A stretch of 64,000 nt of DNA from Lepidodermella squamata (taxonomy: Eukaryota; Animalia; Gastrotricha), in the NCBI GenBank assembly GCA_047495785.1, contig JBLDXI010000024.1, forward strand, positions 248,001 to 312,000, in the 5' to 3' direction. Made by a program: the position numbers and the translations under genes. How positions within the stretch are numbered: the stretch's first letter is position 1; the number at the start of each line of letters is the position of its first letter. Positions 13,296 to 25,200 of the stretch are shown in pieces. The notes under the pieces are model-generated. The model worked only from the letters and a program-made list of their open reading frames with translations, was not told the origin of the DNA and ran no database searches.

Positions 13296-15475
13296 ATGCA
13301 GCAACTGCCTAATTTGCCTACTCTGGTTGTGTCTGCCAACACACCTCCTCAAGCCTTTTCTCTTCGACCGAATGTCAAGTATGATCCACAGTCACTTCCT
13401 AATCCACGAATGCAGCCGCGATCTGCTTTTCCTACATCTGAGAGTCAACGGTTTCATGCCAAAAAGGTTGCACATTAAAATTTGTGTCTAATTTTGTACA
13501 ATCAGCGCACATTTCTAAGCAGGACGTTTCCTCGTCTCACCGGACACCTCCTCCTACTCCAGTTGCGCCCAGGTACACTGGAATACCTCGGTTAGTTGGG
13601 AAAGCTAGAACTGAAGTAAAAGCAAAACGCGTTTCTTTTAAGCCGGATGTTGCCGAACGCGGTAATTTTAGTTGGATACGCTTAAATGTGCGCCTAATCT
13701 TTGCGTTTTCAGGCTTAAGAAGTCCATTCTACAACCCAGAGAAGCTTGAGCCGTTCCTGACGCAGTGTTACGATTGCCTGTCAAAGATAGGAATGGGTTC
13801 ATTTTCTGAAGTATTTATGGCTCGTTCGAAGGAAGACGGCAAATTTTACGCCGTTAAGCGTCTCAATCAGTTCGCTAGCCAACCGGATCGGTAAGATTCC
13901 TATATAAGCGTTCATCCTCAAGTATTGTTTGAAATTCTAATACAGACGTCGAAAGCTTGATGAAGTGAAGAAATGCCAAATGTTCTCACCACACCAGAAT
14001 CTCGTCCGATTTTATGATGCTTGGGAGGAGAAGAATCGCTTGTATATCATGACAGAGTTATGCGAGATGAGCATGCGTGATCTAACGGAAAAAATCCACA
14101 GCATTTCGGAACCAGTGATCTGGAATTACCTGTACGACTTACTTCAGGTTTGTTCTTATAATTGAAATGTTATTCATTAACAACTGTCGATGATTAGGCT
14201 CTCAAGCACCTGCACGACAATAACTTGGTGCATTTGGATGTGAAACCTGCAAATATTTTTTTGTCGAAAGAAGGAACGTGTAAACTCGGCGACTTTGGAC
14301 TGCTTATTGACTTATCGATTTTGGGCGATAATCTAAACTTTGAAGACGTCGAGGAAGGCGATGGTTGCTACCTCGCACCGGAAGTTTTAACAAGCAATAT
14401 TGTCACGAAGGCAGCTGATATTTTCAGTTTGGGCATCACCATGCTCGAAGTGGCTACCGACCTTGAATTGCCAGCCCATGGTGACGAATGGAAAGAACTG
14501 CGAGAGGGAATTTTTCCGCACGACTTTGTCTCCAAGTTGTCCCCAGAGCTGTTTCACGTCATCCAGTTAGTAATTTAGCATGAATATCACATGGATTAAT
14601 CTTTCTCCTCTAGGTGGATGATGCATCCTGATTACAAACAACGACCTTCAGTTGACCAGCTGTTGGCTGTTCCGCAAATTGCCGCAGTTCCTCTTCGCCG
14701 TCATCAAAATATCGAGGCCGACGATGAACCGCAACGGCAGCTTATGGGGGCAGCTCTTCGAGCATCCACTCCACTGGTTCCCCAACCGCCTAACACTCCA
14801 TTTAACCTATCTGGCGCTCAAGTTCCGTTCACTTCATACGCTACAAAAGCATCTTCTTTCGGTGAGTCGCATGCCTCAACAAATGTATGGCGAATTTCAA
14901 CGTCATATTTTGCAGTCGATGATACTTCTTCAGTCCCGGTAGCTGAGGCGTTGAACTTCGAATTCGGCCGCGGCGATGTCGATGAAGGAAGTCGCGCTTG
15001 CACCCCGACAGGAACCCCTCGAATGCTATCCTGCGGATCACCAAGCAGTGCCGCGGATTCGTCTTGGGCGCAGGATGACGGTGACGCCGTTATGGCCTCG
15101 GACGATGACGATGGGGAAAGTTTCGTAACTAGCAGTAGTGCCTCAAGAATCAACTCAGCCTTCGGCCGCGGCCGGCCGGAAAACAAATTGTCACCTTTCG
15201 TCGTGCCATCTTGGGCTCTCGATCGATCGGACCGGGCTGTGTTAGAGCCACCCAATACGGCCCCGCCCGCGGTTTCTGGACGGAGTGTCACTCCGGACTT
15301 GGTTTCATCATCGTCGCCCCTGGTTCGGCCAGCTGAGCCTCCTTCATCTTCCCGAGCTCATGTGCATCTATCAGGTGGACTCCGACGGCCGAGTCCTGTA
15401 GCCCTGTGTGATATTTTCGAGCAGTTACCGCCATCAACGCCGACTGACATTCACGCGCCTGGCTCATTTTCGTGA
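13296..15475 (+). CDS. PKMYT1: Myt1/Wee1-family inhibitory kinase (PKMYT1-like), about 6 exons
   Basis: KRVSF and SPFYNPEKLEPFLTQCYDCLSKIGMGSFSEVFMARSKEDGKFYAVKR match the Myt1 N-lobe. Also present: HLDVKPANIF, KLGDFGL, EEGDGCYLAPEVL, ADIFSLGITMLEVATDLELPAHGDEWKELR and MMHPDYKQRPSVDQLL. Introns are about 48-56 nt, e.g. 14566-14613. Confidence 0.9.
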
Positions 15476-16203
15476 CTTAATTATTCCGGAATAAAAAAGA
15501 CCATTATTAATGTCTCCGTTATCTTCACCTGGTCAACTCGCGATTGTAATAAAATAATAAATAACTTTATTTGTCATTATGTGCATTATATCGTTCGATA
15601 TTACGCAAAGTTTATTCTGTTGAAAGATTTTGTAAAATACGCCTGAAAAATCGCTGTCGTGATCTGGAGAACGAACTCAGCTCACACCGTAACCGGTCAA
15701 CTAATTTTTATGTCTTTTTTCTCTCTTCGGTCTTCTCAACTTATTATTTGGCTTTCTACGCTAACGATGACGCGAGTTTTGTAGTTTTCTAGTTTCGAGC
15801 TGACTACTCGAGCCGTCGTTGTTTTGTTATACACTGCTCGGACGTGGCTATGATGATCAAAAAGTTCTTTCGACTGTCTATTATTCTGAATATATACATC
15901 AGTCACTTGTTTTATCATGCAGTTCTTATGTCTTTTTTTAGACTGAACCCGTTCTCGGTGTCTTATCGATTTCAACCAGCCCTTTTGCAGGCTGTGACTT
16001 CCTCGTGACGAGCGCAAATAGAGAATTATTATTACCGATATTCTAGAATGACCGTTTTTTGGCAAAGTTTTGTGTCGCCCCTCCAAACGCAGGCGGGAAA
16101 TGGCATTTGGCTCAATAGCATGATGTATATTGGAAGTTATTACAAACAGAAATAAAATATCAATAAATTGAAGACCGAAAAAGACTGAGTTAACCGCAGT
16201 TAA

Positions 16204-16459
16204 ATGGATACAGGGATATAGTGAAATCATTACCAAATTATTGAATTCAGTACCAAACATCATTGAATTCCGTACCAAATTATTCCAAACAGTTCCAAAT
16301 CCCCAATTTGAAGACCCAGTCTTCAACCCTAACCTAACCCCAACCTAACCCTAACCCTAACCCTAACCCTAACCATAACCAGTTAAAAAACGAATAAAAT
16401 GGTTAGGTATTGAATTAAATGAAATTTGGTACCGGCGTAAGATTTTCCTATGGATACAG
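16204..16459. mobile_element. Short non-autonomous element with internal telomeric repeats, bounded by a 10-bp direct repeat
   Basis: ATGGATACAG occurs at 16204-16213 and 16450-16459. Imperfect subterminal inverted repeats: TACCAAATTATTGAATTCAGTACC versus GGTATTGAATTAAATGAAATTTGGTA. Internal ~21-bp subrepeats and a (CCCTAA)n tract. Confidence 0.65.
16325..16381. repeat. Interstitial telomere-like repeat (TTAGGG)n, partly degenerate
   Basis: aaccctaacctaaccccaacctaaccctaaccctaaccctaaccctaaccataacc. Confidence 0.92.
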
Positions 16460-16804
16460 CCTGCGTAATGACTACCGAAATGATCAAATTGAGATCAGCA
16501 AAGTCGATTTGACTCCTGGATCCTGGTCACGAGGGAAAACGCCAAAGAAATTAATGCAGCTCTTATTTTATTGAAACCTTCAGTTCTAAATAACGCGCGA
16601 AAATTCTCTTGTTATGCAGCTATAATAAAACAGTATTGACGCATCTTTCATGTACGAAAAAATTTGGAAGAAACAAATGTACAAGGTAAAATAATAAGGC
16701 GCTTATATGAATGAAACCGGCGGCTCGTCGTTACTTGGCGAGAACGGCGACGGCGACGTCGAGTCCGTATCCGTTCCCGTGGCGTCCGGCCGTTCTCGCC
16801 ACAG

Positions 16805-19800
16805 TCACGACCCCGACAGGTTTAGAGACGCTTCTTCAGTGGACGGCGGCGGTGGCCATTGTGTCTGCGAGTCGCTTGGGCTCTCGGTGCTATCGTGATG
16901 GCGCAGCGAGGGCCGCTTCATCGGCGGCAGCGGAAGAGTAGTCGTTGTTGTCATGGCGACGGAGGTGTAGCCAACCACCGTGCCGCCGCTCGTGCCCGGC
17001 ATTTCCATCGACGGCATGCGAGGTAGAGGGCGCGAGGTAGATGAGGTCAGCGTGCCACTGAAAGCTGAAGCTCCCGTTGTTGTCACGACTACTTCCGAGG
17101 TGGCTGCAGCAGTTAGCGTCAACGTGGACACGCTCGGTCGCGTCGTATGTTGTTGCATCTGGTTGTGGCGAAGCATCGATAGAATTCCAATCAGGTCGTT
17201 GCCAAGGCGCGACTCCAAAGCAGTGATGCGACTGAAAGAACATGAGAAATTATTAGGAACTGATTCCCCCAAAAATCTATTTCCGAAATTCGCGAGCGAA
17301 ATTGTAATACTCCTGGGAGTGATTAAAGATAAAAAATCTTCCTCGAGATCAATTTGCGTATAACACAATAAAACTTGACATTTTCTGGTAAATGAGGGAT
17401 AAATCGACTAATGTCCTCAGTGCAAAAAAACAAGTTCGAAAACCAAGATATTACTTACTCGGATATGACTGCGATGCGCTGTTCTTGCCGATTAGCAATT
17501 GCAGCTAATCGGTTTCCGGCATCCGAAACCATGCCAATCACCCGATCGTCAGCCGGAGTCGATCGAATCGTTCCGCCACCATGTGATCCGAAGTCGGGCA
17601 ATGTCGCTGACGATGTCATGCCAGCCGCACTGGGGCGTAACCGTTGTCACACCCCGAGTTTGCGCAGCTCCAGCACCCCCGCGGTACGACAAGTAATCGC
17701 CGGTTATAGGCGGCTCGCTGCCGGTGCGGTCGAATGTTATCTGCTCGGAGTACTGCCACGACGTGCGAATACGCGCGCTCTGCGTGTGCGGCATCATCGC
17801 TGTTGGCGGTGGGGCGGGTGGCGCTGGTCCGGACTCCGCGGCCGCAAGGCCCCGCTCATAGAAGACGAAGGCGTGCTACTTGACGGGGTCGAACCTCGGC
17901 CGACGCCAGACCGCGTTTTCCTACCCGTCAGCAGCGGACGTTCTGCTCATCATCGGCGCTAGTCGTCGTCGTATGCGGAGCCTTGCGACCACCAGCCCAC
18001 GACGAAATTCCACCGGAAACACTCGAGTCAACTTGGCCGCTGCGATGACCACGGTCGGCGAAGTCGAAATTAGCCGGCGTGATGTCCAACCCGGCTTTGT
18101 CAGGCCGCAGTTCGAAAATGCCGCCGCCTACGTCGTCAACATTCGCCTTGAACCGGCACCCACTGGCATCAGATTCGATATCGCCGTCGGTCAGCTCGCG
18201 TACCTTAGCTCGCAGCTCAGCGGCCTTATGCTTGTCCAGCGAGAAGTGCGGCGCTGCCGCCGCACTGCTTGGCATTGCGGAAGACCGCCGCCGCCTGCTC
18301 GACCCATGAATGCGTCTCCGCCTAATCCGAATTGCCGGTAATTCGTCGAGTAAAGTCAGCGGTTCGCCACCGCCGCCGCCGCCACCACCACCCGGCGACT
18401 GATCGTCCCGAGTCATCGGTGTTGGACTCGGAACTCGGTCCGTGAGTGACTGCGAGGTGCTCGTCGCGCAGGTCGAACGTGATCTGCAGGTGACGGGCGA
18501 ATGACTCGGCGAATTCAGGGTACAACTCCAATGTGTCGAGCAGGTCTTCACGAATGATTTTGTGAAGATCGCAGTAGGTGAGCGCTCGCACGTTCGCCGA
18601 CGATTTGCCAACGTACTTGTGGTGGCAAGGGTCCTCGCCGAAGATGTCATCTTTGCCGAGGATAGCCAACACCACGTTGTCACGGATGATTTCGATTGAG
18701 CCGCGCGAGATAAAGTACAGTGCATCTAACACGTCGCCGCGGTGCACTAGAATGTCACCCGGCGGCACATGACTTGACCGGAATTTTATAGACAGCTGCC
18801 GGAGACAGCCAGGGGAAGCTTTTTTGAAGGCAGGACAGTGATTGAGCAGATTTCGATTCAAATGCAAACTGCAAATAAAACACATTAAATCGGTCAATTT
18901 CATTGCTTCGGATCTTATACCATATGTCAGCTTGAAGGCACTCTGGAAAGCTCCGAAGTACGACATTCATATCGATACGTTTGTATACCGCCAAGCGTGC
19001 TAAAAATTGTGAAAAATGTTACTAAGAATTCTAATGTATAAAACAGGAAAGCCTACCTGAAAGTACTCTTCGAGTCGTTGCCGAAGAGGGTGTGGAATTT
19101 GGTGGAATTTGATGAATTCTTTGACCTTGCCCATTTCCATGTGGTAACGGGCAGTTCCACTGTACAGCCGCTGGATGATGGCGCTGACGTTACCGAAGAT
19201 GGTCGCGTACATCATCGAGCCAATGAGCATTAATACGATGCCGAAAATTTTCTCGGTGGTCGTATTTGGTGCACTAGAAAAAAAATCCAGCTTAATAGAA
19301 AATCGAAATTTCAGATGATTAAATTCTTACATGTTTCCGAAGCCAACAGAAGTGAGACTAGAAAATGTGAACATGAGAGCAGTAATGTATTTGGATTTGA
19401 TCGTCGGCCCGCTCAGCGTATCGTTTGTATAGTATTGCTTAGTTTGATGCGCCAAGTCGTCCAGCCATCCGATCTTCGGCTCCCGCAAATCCGGCCGCTC
19501 AATACTGGCTATTGCATACCAGATACAGGCCATCCAATGAGCAATCTAGAAACACAAAATTTTGATAATGTCTAGTTTTTACCTATCACGTCTTACGAGG
19601 GTAAAGGTAGCCATGAGAAGGATGAGCACAGCAGCGCCGTACTCGCTGACTTTTTTCCACTTGCGAGCGACGCGGACGAGACGCACGAGTCGTACGGTTT
19701 TCAGCAGGCCGACCAGCGTGGTTGTCTCGTCCGAAGTGCTGCCGAACAGCAGCATATCAAACGGAATAGCAGCGACGGCGTCGATAAGGAACATGCCTTT

Positions 19801-22298
19801 TAGGTAGTGAATGGCGATCTTGCTCGGCGCCGACACCACCTCGTCGGCTTTATTGACGTAGGTTGTGCGGAAGTTGATGAAAATGTCGAGCAGGAACATG
19901 ACGTCGACGATGTACTCGAGGATGTTGAAGATTTCGAACGACGGCGTCGACGAGTAGGCCGTCACGCCGACGTTCTTTGAGCCGTGTTCGTTTTGCAGCA
20001 GAAAAGCAGCCGAGTAAGGCGTGAAGATAGCCGTGTACAGAACGAAAAATAAAATTATCCAATCCCAGAACGCCTTAAACGGCGAGTAGTGTAGTATTGT
20101 GAAGCGAGGTATCCGGCCCGAGTGCAGCTTGTGGTCGGGGTGGTCGCCGATGACACGAGCCGTTTCGCGCGCTGGATGAACCCTTCTTTCACCTTCGTCA
20201 ACTTGCCCATAAACCGACCGTACGTCGGCGGCATTTGCGGGTCCAGCGGCTCCAGCCCGGCGAGGTGTTCCAAGTGCTGTTCCGGGCTGCCCTCGGCGCC
20301 ATCGCCAGTTACGGTAGCGATGGAAACGGCCAACCGTTCAGCTGTTAAAAAAATAGAGATCGAGTTTAATAAAAGTAAGAAAAAGTATGATAAGCGGGAA
20401 GGGTAGAACTGATATTGGTAGAACTCCAGTTAACACCTAGGATTTAGGCAACAACAAAAAATACTACGAGAAAGAACAGTGTTACACCATTAAAAGCCTA
20501 TTTTTCTCGGCCGAAAGAACTTTGATTTTCAACTTCCAAGGCTCTTTTAATTTTGCGAGCCCGAATGTGGCAGCGAAGTAAATCAAAGCTCTTTCATCGA
20601 AATGAAACGATATATGCATTGCATGCTGTTTAGCTCCAGTGACGTCATCGTAGAAACAGCTTTACGAGTGTTTGAAAGCATTCGAGGAACAAAGAAGGTC
20701 TCCCTGGCGATCTAGCATCGCAAGGGACATTCCACTGCTGAAAAGAGTCCGGAATGTGAACGAAGAAAAATGAAAAGCAAGCAGCGATTAGCCGTAAAGA
20801 GTGTTGAATGGCTAGGGTGGACAGCATAAGCCGACGACAGCACTACCAAGTCTTGCAAGCAGCGACTTGAAGCGGAAGAGTTTCAGTGAGGAAAACTTAC
20901 TGCCGGATGACGGAGCAGCGGTGGTCACGGTGCCGCCGGAGCCATCGCCAGGGCTCGTCACTAGGCTGACGTTGGCGAAGGCCGGCGGCGGCAGCATACC
21001 AGCCAGGTGCTGGCTGCCTGGCCCGCGACGGTGAGATGTTTCATGCACCGATGACGAGGTCGGCGGGTGAGTTGGTTTATCGCCTGATGGGTGCGAAATT
21101 TATCAGCAAGTAGGTGCCAGCAGTTCGGAAAATGACAGTCAAGATTGAGATCAGTTCGAAATGTTTCATCATCATCATCACCAAGAGTTATGCGGGGTTT
21201 AAGGGTTAAAAGTTCCATAACAACCGAAAGGGTTTGGTGAATTGATTGATGAAAGGGATGGCAAATTGATGAACCGAAGTAGAAAACAAAAACAAACTAG
21301 ATTAGTTTCTGAAATAAACACACCAAAAGTTAGCAAAATCGACTGTCTGCGAGCTGCACCAGGTGCCAGCGACGCAGACCGCCTATCTCGCCCCGGATTT
21401 ATACCTTCAGTGCAGAGTTGATGAACAAAAAATTATAAAAAAAATGAAATCTAATATGTAACCTATGAAGAACTCATTCAGGTGAATCTAACTTTCGCAT
21501 CCCCCAACTAGAAATAAAAATTCTGGACATCATAGCTAACATGATCCTGATGCAATTGAACTTGAAATTCGTGCATTTTTCGTGCAAAAAATTGATATTG
21601 TTTTACGCATATACCTTCCTGCGTTCGCCGAAACACGCTGCTGGGCGCGGAGGTGACTTCGGAGAGAGCTGCCGAGGAAGCCCCGCGTCCTCGCCCGACG
21701 ACCCTGTTTAGGGCGCCGGTAAGGGACGAGGGCCATTGAAAGCCAGCAGCCTTTGAGCCTAAATTTTTGTTAAATATAGATTCTAAAAAGGTCCTGGTCA
21801 AAGTTGAATTGAAACACTAACCAAAAAGGCGGCCGCTCTCTTTAGATGTGATATCTTCGAAGCTGAGCAAGTGTAGGATAACCTCGGAACTTTCAGCTTT
21901 AACCGGCGCAACTAATATCGAACAGATGAAGCGAGTTCCATTCTTTTTGTAACACAACAGTTCGATTTGTTTTTCGTCACTTGAGCTGAGGCTATCTCGC
22001 AAGTGCTGCTTGACAATCGTCGACGTCAGCGGCCCGTAGAGAAATTCGCACCAACCGGGTTTTTGCAGAATTTCTGAGCGCGTGAAGCCTGTCAGCTCGC
22101 AGAAGCCGCCGTTGCAGTAAATAATCGGCTTGGACGCTAAGTTTGCATTGACGAGGCAGTAATTTCGACCTAAACATATATTTTTTTTTATAAATCTCAT
22201 CGAAGCCCAGACTCAAGTTATATCATACTCTGTTGGTCGAACTTTCGAATGATGGTATCGATGAAAGTGTTCGTGGATGAGCGCACTTTCATCGCCAT
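16805..22298 (-). CDS. KCNH2: ERG-subfamily voltage-gated K+ channel (KCNH2/6/7-like) with PAS domain, S1-S6, CNBHD and C-terminal coiled coil; about six single-base frameshifts in this sequence
   Basis: ATG 22298 begins [26 protein letters not shown]: [15 protein letters not shown]1 region: [15 protein letters not shown]4: [17 protein letters not shown]. Pore and S6: [42 protein letters not shown]: [24 protein letters not shown]. Coiled coil: [20 protein letters not shown]. The symbol denotes the ERG subfamily, not one-to-one orthology. Confidence 0.92.
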
Positions 22299-25200
22299 TT
22301 TCGAAACGAGCTTTCGGCGTGGTAGACAATGCTCTGGTCTTTTAGACCATTTTCAGCAGAAGTTTTAAGGTGCGGTAATTGAGAAACCGCGCGTAGTCGC
22401 TGGCGGACCGCGCCACCGAGCCATATACAATGACGGATTTCGCGGTGTCCAAAGCTTTTCAAACGTCAGCACGACAACAACAAAAAAATTGCCCTGCTTT
22501 TACTAGATTGATTCTACCTCAATCGATAACATCATTTGTAATTCTTGACCTAGAAAGAAAAGGATGGCATTATTTTTTTTTTTACAAAGAATACCTATAT
22601 CGTAAGGATGAAGGAGAATCGAAGCAGGAACAGACACGGAATCCGGCTGCAATATGTTATCATATATTTGCAAATGAGCAGCAATGAAGCGGAATCGAGA
22701 AAAAAATGGGCAGGGCATTGGCCGGCGACAAGGGCAATGATCGAATCGTGATGTGCGGCCTGCGCATCTAATTTAAAGTGTGTCACATAGCGATAGAGGC
22801 GGCTGGCCTGACCTAAATCGTTGCCATAGTGTAGGCAAATAGTAATAATATGGGCGCGTGTTTTCTGTTTGGGAGGGTATATTACGTGGCAATATCGTAA
22901 TGTCGCCAAAACGAAGTATTGAATATTAAAATATATAAAGCAGAAAAGCCAACATCAAGTCGCTGAAGAGAGGTCGGCAAGAAAAGAGAGCGAACATTAT
23001 TGGCGGGCGCAACAGCACGGCACTAGGATTATTATTATCAGTTTTTTATTATTATTATTGTTATAGATTTCAGTGTGTAAAGCGAAGTCCATAAAGTAGG
23101 GGACAGCGAGTGACGGCGCCGCATAGCGCAAGGCGAGCCGATGTTGTGCCGGTGCTACTCATTCAATCGGGCGCTCTCTCAACTTTTCCGTGTGCGCGCA
23201 TTTTTATTATTTGCCGGCCGTGTTTCGCGCGCGCCCTTGCCGCTTCTTATATTCTCTCTCTCTCTCTTTGGCGATGCTGCGAAGGCACAGCGGAAAATTT
23301 ACGCAGAAATATACGCGGCGCAAGCCGTCGCGCGTGTTCTATTATTATTATTTCTTTTTTTCTGGGCACGAAGACCGGGCAGCGCGAAATAAAGTTATAA
23401 TATTAGCCATGCAGCGGCACATAAAACATTCGATAACGCGCCAAAGTTGCATCGCATGTATATGTATACGCCTTATAAGACGCGAAAGAATTTGTGTTTG
23501 TTTATGAGACTGTTCGACTATTTTCCAAGCCCGATTTCTCTCGTCCCGTAATCGAAAGAGGGAGGACAGCAGCAGCCGGCGCCGAGCGGCCGCGTTTCGT
23601 ATGAAAATGCAAGAACGCTGTAGTGACCGAATCAACTAGAGCCAACGCCCGGCGAGAAGCATTAGGCAAAACGGCACAAAATGGCGCAGGAAGTCGTTGT
23701 CGCGTGTTTTGTCTTCGTCTAACGATCGATTGATGTGTGTTATTTTTAGCTCGGCTCTGCATAAATATACGCGCATATGGCCTGGTAGCTCAGACGAGCC
23801 CCGGCTGTAATAAAATAATGCCGAGGCGAAAGAACAAACCGGCGCGCGTGGCAATTACTTTCCCAATGGCTCGGCAATTACTCGAGAGGCAGCACTATAT
23901 ATTTATTTCGGAACTGATATACAAGCCTCGAAAAATTGCGCACGCACAACAAATGAGATCTTTATATGTAAAATCGCGCCAATGACGATTTGGCATTATC
24001 ACTATCTGCGTACATATGAGTATGTATAGTCATCCGCGCGAGTCGTTTTAATGCAATGATTGGGGCGGAAGGCGCCGTTTAGCACGCCCATGACGCGATA
24101 ATAACAAGCGGGCTCTATAATCGGCGGGTCGCAAGCTCATCTCGTTTATATGCAAAATCAACTGCTATTTATTACAGCCGACAAGAGCGTTGTTTTCCAG
24201 CTATTTGTGAGCAACCAAACGCCCGAGTCATCATCTTCGTCATACATTTGCTCACCACAGTCCGATAATGATATGTAATATCAAAATAATGAAGGGCTGT
24301 CGCATCCGAGACCAATCGAAAACACTGTAATTTACCAATTTGAGGCCTGACTTGATGTCTCACGCTGTTCCGATTCGAGACGATCGAAGAGGGGAGGCCA
24401 ATCGTCGTTAATGAGAAAACTCAAATGAAGTATAAACGAGGCTTCAAGTTGCATCGAAGCAAGCGGTCCGTAGGCTCTATAAATTATTCCCAGTTGGCTG
24501 TCACGATGAAACCATACTAAAAGGTTGTTGCCAAGCCGTATTAAAATAGTTATTTACTGATGCGATTTACTCGAAAAACAAAAAGGCTCGACGAAGAAGT
24601 TCCCAAGCTGTGTCAATTATATAGTTTGAATACGGATCTTTAGGGTCAAACGGCTTAGTAGTACCGCGTGATAAAGGATGAAAGCTGAAAGCTGAGGAGT
24701 TCCAACCTCTGAGATTGAGAGTGAATAAAAAATTTCAAATTTGAGTACAGTTCCTATGATCGATTGATCGATGATAATTTTAAACCTCTGTTTTACCTTT
24801 TAACGGCGATCCTGATGTCGTTCGCCTAATTTTTTCTGGGCTTTTTGCATGGTGTCATCACACCTACACTGCGGGCTCAGTCGCCCTCTGTCAGCTGTCA
24901 GCACTTCACATTGATAAAAAATGAAAAAGGTCATAACGTTGTAAAGCTCCAAATCCTGATTAGGGCTCTAATAATAATGTACATGTGCTTCAGCATTCCA
25001 ACTATGCAGCATGGCAACCTAGAACCGCCAAAAATTTCGACATACAGTACACATTACAATAGGTTTACAATTATCAGGTACTATTCTAGCAGTTTCAATG
25101 TTACCACTTATTTTTCGTAATTTTATTCATGGCACTCAATCAACCTTCTTGCGGCTTTACCATATGTAGTAAGCGAATAATCAGTCCTTACAAAGCAAGC

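Noticed and set aside
16325-16381. True chromosome end or fusion site
   Set aside because: The tract is short, degenerate, in one orientation, and embedded in a direct-repeat-flanked element between ordinary genes.
17411-18341. Long plus-strand ORFs antisense to ERG, and similar ones opposite DDX23, PKMYT1, MSL1 and RAPH1
   Set aside because: These are shadow ORFs of GC-rich exons with no independent motifs.
16805-22298. Alternative genetic code or programmed recoding as the explanation for the broken ERG frames
   Set aside because: The other conserved genes translate cleanly with the standard code. The breaks are indels in both directions at homopolymers, not reassigned stops.
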